This document shows, in pieces, positions 50,830-62,138 of a stretch of 64,000 nt of DNA. Position 1 is the stretch's first letter; each line of letters begins with the position of its first letter. The position numbers and the translations under genes were made by a program. The stretch is from Jimgerdemannia flammicorona (taxonomy: Eukaryota): positions 1 to 64,000 of the forward strand of contig RBNJ01000001.1 of NCBI GenBank assembly GCA_003990765.1. The letters are read 5' to 3'. Under the pieces are notes generated by a model, which saw only the letters and a list, made by a program, of their open reading frames with translations, was not told the origin of the DNA and did not search any database.

Positions 50830-53800
50830 GCATTCTGGAGGTTGGTCTTGGGTTCCTAGGTTACATCATGAATTGGATAACTTTTCCATTTAATAAGGTA
50901 CTCAGGGTGGTTCTTGTGATTACATTTGTTGAGGATTTGTTCAACTTCATACTCTTCTTGGCCATTAATAATGACAGGTGCAGGTGGTTTTATAGTTCAG
51001 TTAGGGAATAGTTTATCATCATTCTCATTATATTGCTTGAGATGTTGGATATTAAAGACTGGGTGAATCTTAATGGTGTCTGGTAGTGCCAATTTGTAGG
51101 AGGTTGGGGAAACTTATGCAATAACTTCAAATGGTCCAATGAACTTGCTGTTCAGCTTTGTGGATGGTCTGTGCTTGAGGTTGTCAACTCGGTATCCTCT
51201 GATGTCCAGTAGAACTTTTTCTCCAATATCAAAGATTTCTTCTCAGTGGTGTTGGTTAACATACTGTGACTGTTGTTCTTGAGCTCGTGATAAATTCTCA
51301 ATGACAATCTGGCTTAGATTGTACATTCAGAGTAAGAATTCTTCAACAGCTTTGACTGTAGAGGGTTCTTCAGTGGTTCAGATAAGTGTCAAAGGGGTGT
51401 TTGGGTTTTGTCCAATATTGGCAAAGAATGGGGTCATTCCGAGAGAGGCTTGCTTGCTATTATTATAGGCAAACTCGACTGTGGTCAGGTGTTCATACCA
51501 ATCATCTTATCTGTAGGAAACATAGTTCCTTAGCATTTATTCTAGAGTTCGGTTCATTCTTTCGGTTTGACCATCAGTTTCTGGGTGAAAGACTGTGGAT
51601 AGTACAAGTTTTGTTCCAAGGTATACATAGAGGGCTTTCCAAAAATGGCTGATGAATTTCAGGTCTTGGTCACTAACAATGATCTTAGGAAGACCATGAT
51701 AGCAAAAGATATTGTCAAATAAGAGTGTGGCTATGTCTAGTACTGTTGCAGTAGTAGTAGTAGGCACAAAGTGGGCTTGTTTGCTGAGGTAATCCACAAA
51801 GACAACAATTGCATCTTTCCTATTCTTGGTTTGGGGTAGTTGTATAATGAAGTCCATAGAGATTTGTTCCCAATTCGCAGATAGTACTGGGATAGGGTGA
51901 AGTATGCCAGGTTTTGCTGTATTGAGGACTTGTTTCATTGGCAGGCATCACAGGAAGTGATATAGGTTTTGAGCTTATCTGCCATGTGGGGCCAATAGAA
52001 GTTTCGGAAGATAACTTTATAACATTTATTGAATCCTAAATGTCCAGCTATAGGGGCATTATGACATTTGAATAGGATAGTCCTTCGGAGGTCTTGGTTG
52101 TTTGGGACATACAGTCTGTCTTTGTAGTAGATAGTGTTATCCTTCAGTTGATATTGGTGATACTGTATATGCTTGTCAGTATCATCACTGTTCAGGATTT
52201 CTCGAAGTGCTTGAGCTTCCTTATCATCAGCACATGCTATGATAATTTGTTCCATGATGGAGTTTGTAACCAAGGTGAGAGTTTGGATAACTTCTTCGAT
52301 TGGTAGTCTGGAGATTGCATTGGCAATAATATTTTCCTTGCCAGAGTGGTACTGGATTTCATAGTCAAAATTGTTGAGGACTTTCATCCATCTGGCTTGC
52401 TTTTGAGAAAGGGTAGCCTGTGTCTTGATATTGACTAATGATTTGTGGTCAGTCAATATGGTAAAGTGTACTTCTTCTAGGTATGGTCGCTATTTGATCA
52501 GGGTGTCTACGATGGCTAACATTTCCTTTTCATGAGTTGCATAGTTGATTTCGGCATCATTGAACTTGCAGGAGTGATAGGCCACAGGGTGTCCTTCTTG
52601 CATAAGTACTGCTCCAAGGGCTAGATCAGAGGCATCAGTAGTGACTTCATATGATAGGGCAGGATTTGCTGCTTGAAGTACTGGAGTGGTTATCAAGGCA
52701 TCCTTTAGTGCTTGAAAGGCAGTATCTTGCTTGAGTCTCCAATTTACAAGATTGTTGAAGTCTTTCTCTTGTTTTGTGGTCCAGGGTTGTTCTTGTTTCT
52801 TGCTGTGCTTGGTCATTTGGGTGAGGACAGTAGTGATTTTAGCAAAGTTGGCAACAAATTACCTGTAATAGTTTGCTAATCCCAGAAATGACTGCAGGTC
52901 TTTCAGTTTCTTGGGTCTGGGCCAATCTTTGATTGCAGAGATTTTGCTGGAGTCTACTTTGATTCCATTTGGAGTGACAATATGTCCAAGAAATTAAATT
53001 TCTTTCAGGAGAAATTCGCACTTGCTGAGTTTTGCAAAGAGTCGGTTTTCTCGAAGTTTCAGTAGTACTAGTTCAAGGTATTTGAGATGTTCCTCTAGGG
53101 TTTTGCTGAAGACTAGGATGTTGTCAATGTAGACAACAATGAATTTGTCCAGGTATGGGTGCAGGATAGTATTCATCAGAGTCTGGAAGGTTGCAGGAGC
53201 ATTAGTTAAGCCAAAGGGCATAACTAGGAACTTGAAGTGTCTATCGAGTTTGGAAGACTGTCTTGTAGATGTCTTCTTCTTTTATGGCAATTTGCCAGTA
53301 ACTATTTCACAGGTCAAAGGAGCTTATGAATTGCAGGTTGGTAAGTCTATTGAATATTTTATCGATTCTAGGTAGTGGGCAATAGTTCTTGATGGTCTGT
53401 TCATTGAGATCATGGTAGTTAATACACATTTGCAGGTCTCCTCCTTTCTTGACAACAAATAGGACTGGTGCACCATAAGGTGATACACTGGGTCTGATGA
53501 ATCTTTGTTCTAGGAGTTCATCAATTTCTTTCTTGAGTGCATTGATTTCTCTTGGAGACATGTGGTAGATTGACTTGAAGGCTGGTTTGGTATCTGGGAT
53601 GGTCTTGATAGTATGGTCTACTGCTTGTTTAGGAGGTAGGCCTTTTGGGAGTTTCTTTGGGAATATGTCTTGAAATTTCTGGAGTAGTGGTCTAACATGG
53701 CTGTCAACTTTGGAAAAATCCTCTTCAGAGTTCTCAGGTTCTCCTTTGGATAGATGGATGGAGATGGTGAAGAGAGGGCATTTCTTGGCCAATTTCTTAA

Positions 53801-54240
53801 GTTGTAGCTTGTTGATGTGGGTGATCTTTGGTCCAGGGTCACTAGAATTAAGTGGGTCCTTTTCATCTTGTAGTTTGAAGTTGTGGCATCCTTTTTTGAT
53901 GGTCAGAGAATGGTTTACCCAATTGATCATGGGGTTCTCTTATTTTAACCATGGAGTCTCCAGGATGATTTCATTATCAGGAAGTGGTATGATTTGGAGG
54001 GTGACATATTCTCAGTAGTTGCCAATTCGGAAAGGTAGATTGCAGACTTCTTTGCTAATAATATGTGAGGTTTCATCAGCTATAGTAACTGCTTGAGTTT
54101 GCTGTACTGGAGAGATGAAGACCTTGAGTCTGTTGGCTGTCTCTTCATTGATAAAGTTGTCTGAGGCACCACTGTCTATCATAATCTTGACAGGTGCTTG
54201 ATTGATAAAAGCCTTAAGTATGAGCAGTTTGTCTGATCCA
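50830..54240 (-). pseudogene. pol: Gypsy E protease - RT - RNase H - integrase - chromodomain
   Basis: [70 protein letters not shown]; chromodomain EYEVEQIL..YLIKWKSYP..T*EP. Confidence 0.95.
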
Positions 54241-54449
54241 ATGGTGGTGATTTCTATTATAGGAGCTTTCCTTCTATTGGTTCTTCTTTGTGCCAGTTCA
54301 TTGACACAAGAGAAGCAATCATCAATCATTTAGGAAGAGTACATTCTAATACTATGAGGGCATCGGCCACTTGGTATATATCCATCTTCGATCTTCTTGT
54401 AGAATTGTTCTTTTTTGTTCATGGTAGGTTGGATTGGGGCCTTGTTTGA

Positions 54450-54860
54450 TGAGCCAAATCCTTTAGATCCTTGGATGTTAGATAGTAGTTCAGGGACTTC
54501 CTTGACTATCAGGGTTGACTCAATTTTTTCGAATAGAATCTGGGCAATGCAGAAATCTATAGAGATCTTGAAGGGTGTCCAACTGTGGTTTCAAATGAGG
54601 ACAATGATTTTGCCTGTATAATCTTCGTTGATAACTCCTCCTTCTACTGAGAGTCCTTTCAATGCTAGACTGCTGCAACAGCATATTCTTCTAACATGTC
54701 CTTCAGAGATTTGGATACTGATTCCTGTGTAAACTTGTTTGACTTCTTGGTTGGAAACTGTAGCTTCTTCAACTGCATACAGGTCATATCTAGCTGCTTT
54801 TTGACTTCCTTTGGTTGGGGCCTTAGCAGTTTGTCTTAACTTGATAAAGTCTAGTGTTCT
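54450..54860 (-). pseudogene. dut: Gypsy E dUTPase (upstream of protease)
   Basis: Manual translation APTKGSQKAARYDLY, SSLALKGLSVEGGVINEDYTGKI, IAQIL, GSKGFGSS. Confidence 0.92.
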
Positions 54861-54899
54861 GGTGATCAGGTTGTTGAGGTGGTGTAGAGTGGTAATAGT

Positions 54900-55918
54900 T
54901 GCTCATATTGCTGTTCAGGGTTTTTGGTTAGGGCAGGCACTGGCCATGTATCCTGTCTTTTGGCAATAGAAGTATGCTCCACTTCTTCAAAGTTCATTCC
55001 TTTCGCCTTCAGTGAGTTTTTTGAAGGTGCTTGGCTGGGTGGTTCATGATTTCTAGGTGTCCAAGAGGTGGATGTGGAGGGAGCTCGGGATGCTTCATGC
55101 TTAGGTTCTTCTTTCTTGGTCCAAGTCTTTTCTTTGTTGTTGAATTGTCTTCGGGGCAGAATTGGTCCAGCTGTTAGGATTCACTTGACCATAGTCTTGA
55201 TTCTTACCAGGCACCATTGTTGGTGATCACAACCAACTGGGCAGCCTTGTTCTTGGATTTTTCTAGTAAGCCATTCAGGCAGGGCATCAAATAAATAGTC
55301 TACTCTTGTACCATTTCATGCTTCATCATTGGCAATATATCTTAGACCAACAGTGTTCAGGAGTGACTCGAGTTTTGTACAGAAGGTTTCGAATTCTTCT
55401 TTGCTATGTATATCAAATTTGAGGTTGTGGAGTTTTACTCGAGATTCAGCAATCATGGTTTCACTGCGGTATTGAGCAATCATGAGTTGTTTGAGTCCAG
55501 GGGCTGCAGGATGGACTCCGTATCCTGGGGTATTGTTTGCTGCATTCTGAGCAACTACTGCAGGTCAGGTATCCCATGTAAGGGGTTTTTCAGGAAGAGT
55601 TTGTCACCATTCTTCAGCAGGTCCTTGGAAGAATGTAACAACTCAGTGGACATAGGCTATAGTGGTAGCAAAGAGTTGTTTCAGAGTGTGGTCTTGATTG
55701 TTTGTCAGAATGCAGTCAGCAACTTGCTCATTAGTCCATTGATTGGCTTCGAAGTTGGTGTCAACTATACTAATGAAGCTTTGGACTTCTTGTGCAGTAC
55801 CATTGAAGGTAGGTAGGCTCAGATTTTTGATAGGTCGGGTCTGTTCTGCTAAGGCAGTAATGGTTGCTGCCATTATGGCTACCTGGGCTATAAGGTCTAG
55901 AATCTGTTGGTTTGCCAT
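54900..55918 (-). pseudogene. gag: Gypsy E gag with decayed CCHC knuckle
   Basis: LSLPTFNGTAQEVQSFI; YFYCQKTGYMASAC near 54930-54975. Confidence 0.8.
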
Positions 55919-57560
55919 GTTGTTTACTGAAGGCAGTTGGACTGCTGATACATAGTAGTGTTACTGGTACTACTTGAGGTACTGGTGCAGAGTGTGATGG
56001 GGTTCTTTGGGTCTGTATAAGTTACTGGAGTAGTAGTTGTAGATCTGGAGTAAGGGCTTGATAGATAGCTGTTTGTTGCTGTGTAGGTGTATTCTGTCCT
56101 AATGGAGGTACTTCTCCTTCGGTGGTATATCTGGGATCGAATTCACTGAGATACTCCTCCTCCTCTTCAGTTTGGTCCCTGTGTAATTGGATTTGCTCGG
56201 CATCGAAGTAGATGAAATCAGTTGTATATCTGATTTCAGATGGACTTAATTCAAAGTTAAGTTCAGGTTCAGTATTGGTTTCAGATTCAGATAGTGCTAT
56301 AGCAGGGCCTACTTCAGGTTCGAGGTCAGGTAGTTGATGAAGAGTTTCTCTTACTTCTTCTTTAAGGATATGGTGGGCCTTGCTGTTTTGGAATTGGTAG
56401 TATAATGTGGTCTTGGTCCTGGTGCAGTGAAAGTCGGTAGAGTTGAGCCACTTGGCTATAGAGGCTTGGGCTTCATGAGGAACTAAGGCTAGAAAGACTG
56501 CTGCTGGTTGTCCTAGGTTACTCAGGTTTGTGGAGCTGATAAAACTCTTGTTGAGAAGAGTAAAGAAGGCTTCAATAAGACTTTCTTTGTCTTGACTTAC
56601 TGGGTGTAGTGCAAGGAGTTCAGTGAATAGGGTTTTATCTATTTGCTGGTTTAACTGGAATACTTCTTTCTTTGAATAAAGTTTGTCCCACTTGTTGCAG
56701 GTGTGGAGGTCAAATTGTCCTTGTATGTCAGATTCAATTCTCTCCAGATTGTCAGATGGTTCAAGATAAATTCCAGTTTAGAGGTTGGGCTCTATACCAA
56801 TTTATAGGAATTCTCAGAAGGGTTTGTAGCAGGGTGAGGAAGTATCTTGAAGCGGAATTGGATTGTAAACCACTACTACCAAGTGTAAGAGAGTTGCTTT
56901 TTAGAGTAACTGTTATGTAGTTCTGGAAGGGTTTTCTGAAAGTTCTGGATATTCTGGAAGACCGTTTTCTTATGGTCAAGATCAATTTCATATGGAGTAC
57001 ATCCTCTATGCTTATTGATTTCAAGTTCGGGTTAATGTCTCAACTAAAGTCCTTTTTCAGACTAGTTCTGGATGTTCAGGATTTTCCATATTTCAGGAAG
57101 TTCAAGAAACTAAGACCAGCTTAGTTGAATTGGTGTATCACTGCAGACAATATCCAATTAGGAAATTTCATGACGGGGTTAGGAGTGGGATCTAACAGGG
57201 AGCAGATTTACTTAAGAGTGTTTTGGGGGTTATTAAATAGGTTTATTCGCTATTTATGATATTGCTATACTAGGAGTAGTTGTGTGAAGGGATATTGTGG
57301 GAAAGTGTTCAGAAATGTTCTTGTATGTTTTTTGTCTGAGATTCTGAGATCTGGGGGAGGGGGTATTTATACTAGTGAGGGGCTATCTGGACTATGCTAG
57401 ATATGGATGTAGCACTAAGTGCCTTGCTGAGTCAGAATGCAATCACATAGTACAAGTGTGATCTGATATATCAAGAGATCATCTGACTGCTGAGTCAGTT
57501 TACAGTCATATCATACAAGGCTAATCTAACTATACTATGTCTGCTAGGCTATTTATAGGT

Positions 57561-58022
57561 TTAGGCACTGTCTGGGTAGTCTTCGATGACATCACTATCG
57601 ATTGCATTATCTCTGATGAAGTAGTCATCTAGGAAGAGTGGTTCATGGATTACTTCTCCTTGTTCGCTGAGGTAATAATACATTGGAACTTCATCACCAT
57701 CCCACAGAATAGCATTGTCTGTCTCATATGCTGGATAAGGTATTGGTGGGCGAAGGAGGGGTACATTATCTTCACTTTCATCAGATTCACTATCTGCATA
57801 CCTTCTGTAGATTACAGCACTATGAGTCATGGGGTTGTAGTAAGCTGGTGGCTGTGGTTCATGTCGCTCATACTTAGGTAGTGGAGTAGTTGGTTCAATC
57901 TCGAGAGTTGTCTGGAGATATAGATTGTGTTCTCCGGTCTCTTCATTGTAGTTGAAGTAATTGGGAGTGAATGTGGGTTGGTATTCATACCAGTGGTCAT
58001 TGTCCCAATAAGTCTCATACAT
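57561..58022 (-). CDS. E LTR ORF-B: intact 153-aa Tyr/Asp/Glu/Pro-rich protein of unknown function
   Basis: Open ATG-TAA frame in element sense, starting 12 nt after the ORF-A stop. Confidence 0.55.
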   Translation of the reverse strand: MYETYWDNDHWYEYQPTFTPNYFNYNEETGEHNLYLQTTLEIEPTTPLPKYERHEPQPPAYYNPMTHSAVIYRRYADSESDESEDNVPLLRPPIPYPAYETDNAILWDGDEVPMYYYLSEQGEVIHEPLFLDDYFIRDNAIDSDVIEDYPDSA

Positions 58023-58034
58023 GGTTATGAATTG

Positions 58035-58658
58035 TTATAAGTTCATCAGCAAGGTTGGTGGTATAATTAGTGTTGGCAGAGATCCTTGGCTTGGGGTCAT
58101 ATTGGTGTCAGAGGGATCATTGTCTTCTGCTTCATCTTCATCAAACTAGATTATATTGTAAACATCCTTTATAGTGTATCTGACTTGGAGTATTTGCAGG
58201 ATGTGGTCATCGAGGTACAGGAAGGTTCTGTCTGTAGTTTCAATGTACTCGAGATACTTGTAGTTGATTTCTTGTATCATATCATCGATTTGGCCATAGA
58301 ATAGGGTAGCAACCATTTTGCTGGTAGTAACTCAGAGTCGAGAAATAAAGGTGCTATACTTGTAGAAGAGTTCTCAGTGTTTGTGGGCAATGAGCTTCTG
58401 GTGTTGAGACATCTGGGTAATGTCTGTATCATGGTGGTATTCGATCATATCTTCCAGGAGGCAGCTGATCTGGTAGTAGCTTGAGATTTGTCCGATTTGG
58501 TGGGCCTTGCTAAGCATGTTCAGAGCATTCCATCAGACTTCCATGAAGTAGAGGGGTGCTAGGCTATGGATATTCATGAGGGGCAGAGGGGGTGTGGCTT
58601 AGTTGATAATGGCATTCCAAATGTCAGCACAGATACAGGTATAGATCTCGGTGGTCAT
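58035..58658 (-). pseudogene. E LTR ORF-A (ORF3 family, ~207 aa), 5' LTR copy
   Basis: Single frame; two TGA stops correspond to CAA in the other LTR copy, implying ancestral CGA (Arg). Confidence 0.75.
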
Positions 58659-58950
58659 GTTTGTATGTTTGGAAGTTGTAGTTGTTGTTTGTTTTGGTTC
58701 TCTGATTCAATGCATCTCGGTGCTCAGTATATATACATTTGGTCCTGATTGGTAAGATTCCATTTGTGTGAATCTTGTGTTCTGTGACTTTGTATTGACT
58801 CAGCTTTGTGCACTGTGACTTCAGTTTATCTCAGCTTCATGATTGAGCAGGTGATTTCCAGATTTGTTCAGAGCTCACATGTGATTTCAGTGGCTTGTTC
58901 AGAGGGTGACATGTAATTTCAGTGGCTTAGAGGTTGTGTGCTTACAAATA

Positions 58951-60620
58951 GCACCACTTCCTCCTAGGACAACTATTTGTGGCCTATACTGATCACCATG
59001 CTCTGTAGTATATTCACACATACAGCTCATGCTGATCCACAGACAAGTCTGCTGGATGGAAATCATTACTAACTTTGATATGGAAATCAAGTATATCTCA
59101 GGCAAAACCAACCATGTGGCTGATGGTTTCTCCAGATACATGGAAGATGAACTTGTCTTTATAATCAAGATAATTGAAGACCTTACTCAGATGATCAAGG
59201 ATAGCTATCAGCAAGACAGCCCCCTGATGAAATTTCTTCAATTCTGCTAAGACCCAGAGGCCAAGGTCCCAGAACTTATGAGACAAATATCCAAGAGATT
59301 CACTTACTATGATGGACTTATCTACAGGGACCATGACAGAGTAGTTATATCTAACAATAATACTCTGTGGCTCAAGATCATGTAGGAACTCTATGATACT
59401 CCTACAGCAGAACACTTTGGTTTTGAGAAGACATATAATCTCCTCTCAAGAGAGTTCTACTGGCCAAAGATAACCAAGGATATCAAAGCCTTTGTAGTCT
59501 TATGCAAGATATACCAAAGGTTTAAGAGTGATAACAAGATACTAGCAGGACTCCTGCAACCCTTGCCTATTCTGAGTCACAACTGGGATCAGATTGTAAT
59601 GAATTTTATTGTTCAGCTCTCTAAGACCAAGGTAGGATGGGATGCTATTGTGGTATTTGTAGACTACCTAAGCAAAAAAGCTCATTTTGCACTCACTAAG
59701 ACCACTGCTACAGCACCAGAGATTGTCAAGATTTTCCTCAACCAAGTATTCAGGCTATAAGGTATGCCTAGTACTATTGTATCTAACTAAGATGCTAAGT
59801 TTATAAGTAACTTCTGGAAGGCATTCTTCTCTCTCCATAGAACCAAGCTGAAGTTCTCTACTGCCTACTACCCCCAGACTGACAGTCAGACTAAGTAAAT
59901 CAACAGAACTCTCAAACAGATGCTTAGCATCTTCTGCTGTTACAAGCAGAATGATTGGAACAAGTACCTAGCTCATACTGAGTGTGCCTACAACAACAGC
60001 CAGCAAACCTCTATGAAGAAGGCTCCATTCTTCCTGAACCATGGTCAACACCCAAGGACTCTGAGTACTACTGCAAAATCAGCAGTCCCAGAAGCCCAAG
60101 ATCTGGCTGAGACTATTTCTGATCTTACCCAAATGACAAGAGATGCTCTTATAGAAGTACAAGACTATTAGACCAAGTATGTGAACTTGAAGCAAAGAGA
60201 AGTAACATGGCCATACTTAGAACAGACCACTCCACCTAGATATCCTGATATAACAACCAGTCAAGAAACTCTGTGCTAAAAGAATTGGACCATATAAGAT
60301 TGTGGAAAAGGTCAGTGAAGTCAACTACAAGTTGCAACTTCTCTACAATATCTAAGTATATCTAGTATTCCATATCAGTCAATTGGTGGACTACCATGAG
60401 AACCTATTCCCTGAGCATACAGTTCTACCTCTACCCCCAATTAGGATCAATGATCATGAGGAATTTGAAATTAGAGAAGTACTTGACTATAAGATCCACA
60501 AATATCCCAAAACAGTCAAGTGGGTTTTCCTCATCAAGTGGAAGGGTTACCCCACCCATGATGCTATCTGAAAAAAGGAAGAAACTCTGGAGAATATATG
60601 TGAAGCCCTTCAGAACTATA
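58951..60620 (+). pseudogene. pol: Gypsy D RNase H end - integrase - chromodomain
   Basis: YTDH, GKTNHVADGFSR, WDQIVMNFI, VFVDYLSK, STAYYPQTD; EEFEIREVLD..FLIKWKGYPTHDAI*. Confidence 0.92.
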
Positions 60621-61299
60621 TGGAAACACTCACTTCCCAGCAAAGGAAGAAACTGCAGCTCTAAAGAATCAGAGCACCTAGCAAACAAGATACTACATAT
60701 TTTACCCAAGATATATAATACCAAACATTGCAGAAAAAGAAACACTATATAATCAATAAGAAGATACCTGAGCAAAGGACAATCTAGCATAGTACAGCAA
60801 AATATATTTAAACAACTCCATTTTATGTCATCTATATCATCTCCACTGGATGATGATGGATACTTCATATGGAACTTAGGAAAGCCAACATTGTTGAAAC
60901 TAATCTAAGTCTATCCACATGATAAATATTGTTACTAGGAATTGCCTCAGATTACAAGAAATACTATTTCTGAGAGGTTTGAACCCCCCAGCTGTAACAA
61001 TGAGAGCCCTCACCCTAGACAAGGATGGCCAGTCCTCACAAATATACCAACCAGATAAAAAAAAAAGAGGACCAAGATCTGTCAACTCTGTGTAACCACA
61101 ACTACAAGGAGCAATATCTTTGAAATCAGGTTTTTCTCATATGACCAGCACATGCCTGCTTACAGCAACACATCACATATTTTGCTAGAAAGCATGACCA
61201 AAAAGTCACACCAGATAGGTGAATAAGTATAAATACCCAAGACAAGAATGCTCTGCAACTCTTATTCCTCTCTCCTCACAAAGAAAAGATAAGACAAGA

Positions 61300-62127
61300 A
61301 TGCCTGCTACCTGCTACCAAACTGCCTGCCATAGCCAGCCCCTCCCAAGCCAGGTTGACTGCCTCTTTGGATACATCCAGATTGCTATCCAAGGAAGGAA
61401 CTGCTGCTCAGAGGCCCTTAACCTCTCCAGCCCGGACCTAGGATAGTATGTTCTTGACTGCTGTAAACTTATTGAAAGGGCCTATCTTGCTACCAGCCAC
61501 CTAGAGATCTAGTATGAATACAAAATTGGCCACCAGCTTCTTCAACATACAAATGGCCTACCCACTGACCAGGTCTCAGACTGGACCCACCTGGACAGGT
61601 ATAAGCAAAGACTTGTCAAGAAGGTCCATCAAATTATATGCTATGTATCCTTTACAATCTCCAACTTCAACTATATCCAACTGAAGGATTTCCAGAACCT
61701 CTCTTTCTCCAAGGTTGATGAGCTAGAGATTAAGGTAGCTTAAGAAGTCAACTTCTGGATCACCCTCAAGTTCACTGACTGTGAACTCCACTGGAGCTCT
61801 CTTCTGAATGATAATCCAGACCAATGACTCCAAGGCCTCTCTGATCTCTTTGAAAGACCACCTATTCAAATAGATATCCCCAGACATAAGGATCAAGAAC
61901 CCTACTTGAATGGTCCCAACTATATCAGATGGAAAACCCCTATACCAGCACTTATCTCAATATAAGAACCATTTGCAGACCTCAATGACTTTTCCATCCT
62001 GGACAGCAAGCCATTAGTAATCACCCCCCCTACCACTGAAGAGGATGGCAACAACACTGAGAAAGACTCTCTACCTTTCTCTCCCCTGGTTCTCAATTTC
62101 CGAATCAATGAGGATATTGATTTCTAA
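61300..62127 (+). pseudogene. Gypsy D accessory ORF3 (~275 aa, unknown function)
   Basis: Single frame ending at the PPT with 5 internal stops explainable by C>T; YEYKIGHQLL...RLVKKVHQII...ISNFNYIQLKDFQNLSFSKVDEL; GTATAAATACCC at 61227. Confidence 0.7.
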
Positions 62128-62138
62128 GAGAAGTAGGA

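Larger units (their letters stand above)
48304..58946 (-). mobile_element. Gypsy E: chromovirus with 2.06-kb gene-carrying LTRs, gag-dUTPase-CHCC-PR-RT-RH-INT-chromo
   Basis: TG..CA LTRs 48304-50367 and 56884-58946; TSD AATA (48300-48303, 58947-58950); PPT AAGAAGGGGAGAG; PBS TGGTAGTAG. D RNase H reads through once E is removed (LQE*HHFLLG). Confidence 0.97.
56884..58946 (-). repeat. 5' LTR of Gypsy E
   Basis: Direct repeat; main TATA at 57364-57371, AATAAA at 57242-57247, second TATA at 58728-58735 (all on minus). Confidence 0.96.

Noticed and set aside
60620-61200. Additional ORF between the D chromodomain and ORF3 (and similarly 50400-50800 in E)
   Set aside because: Many stops in all frames and no recognisable or shared motif.
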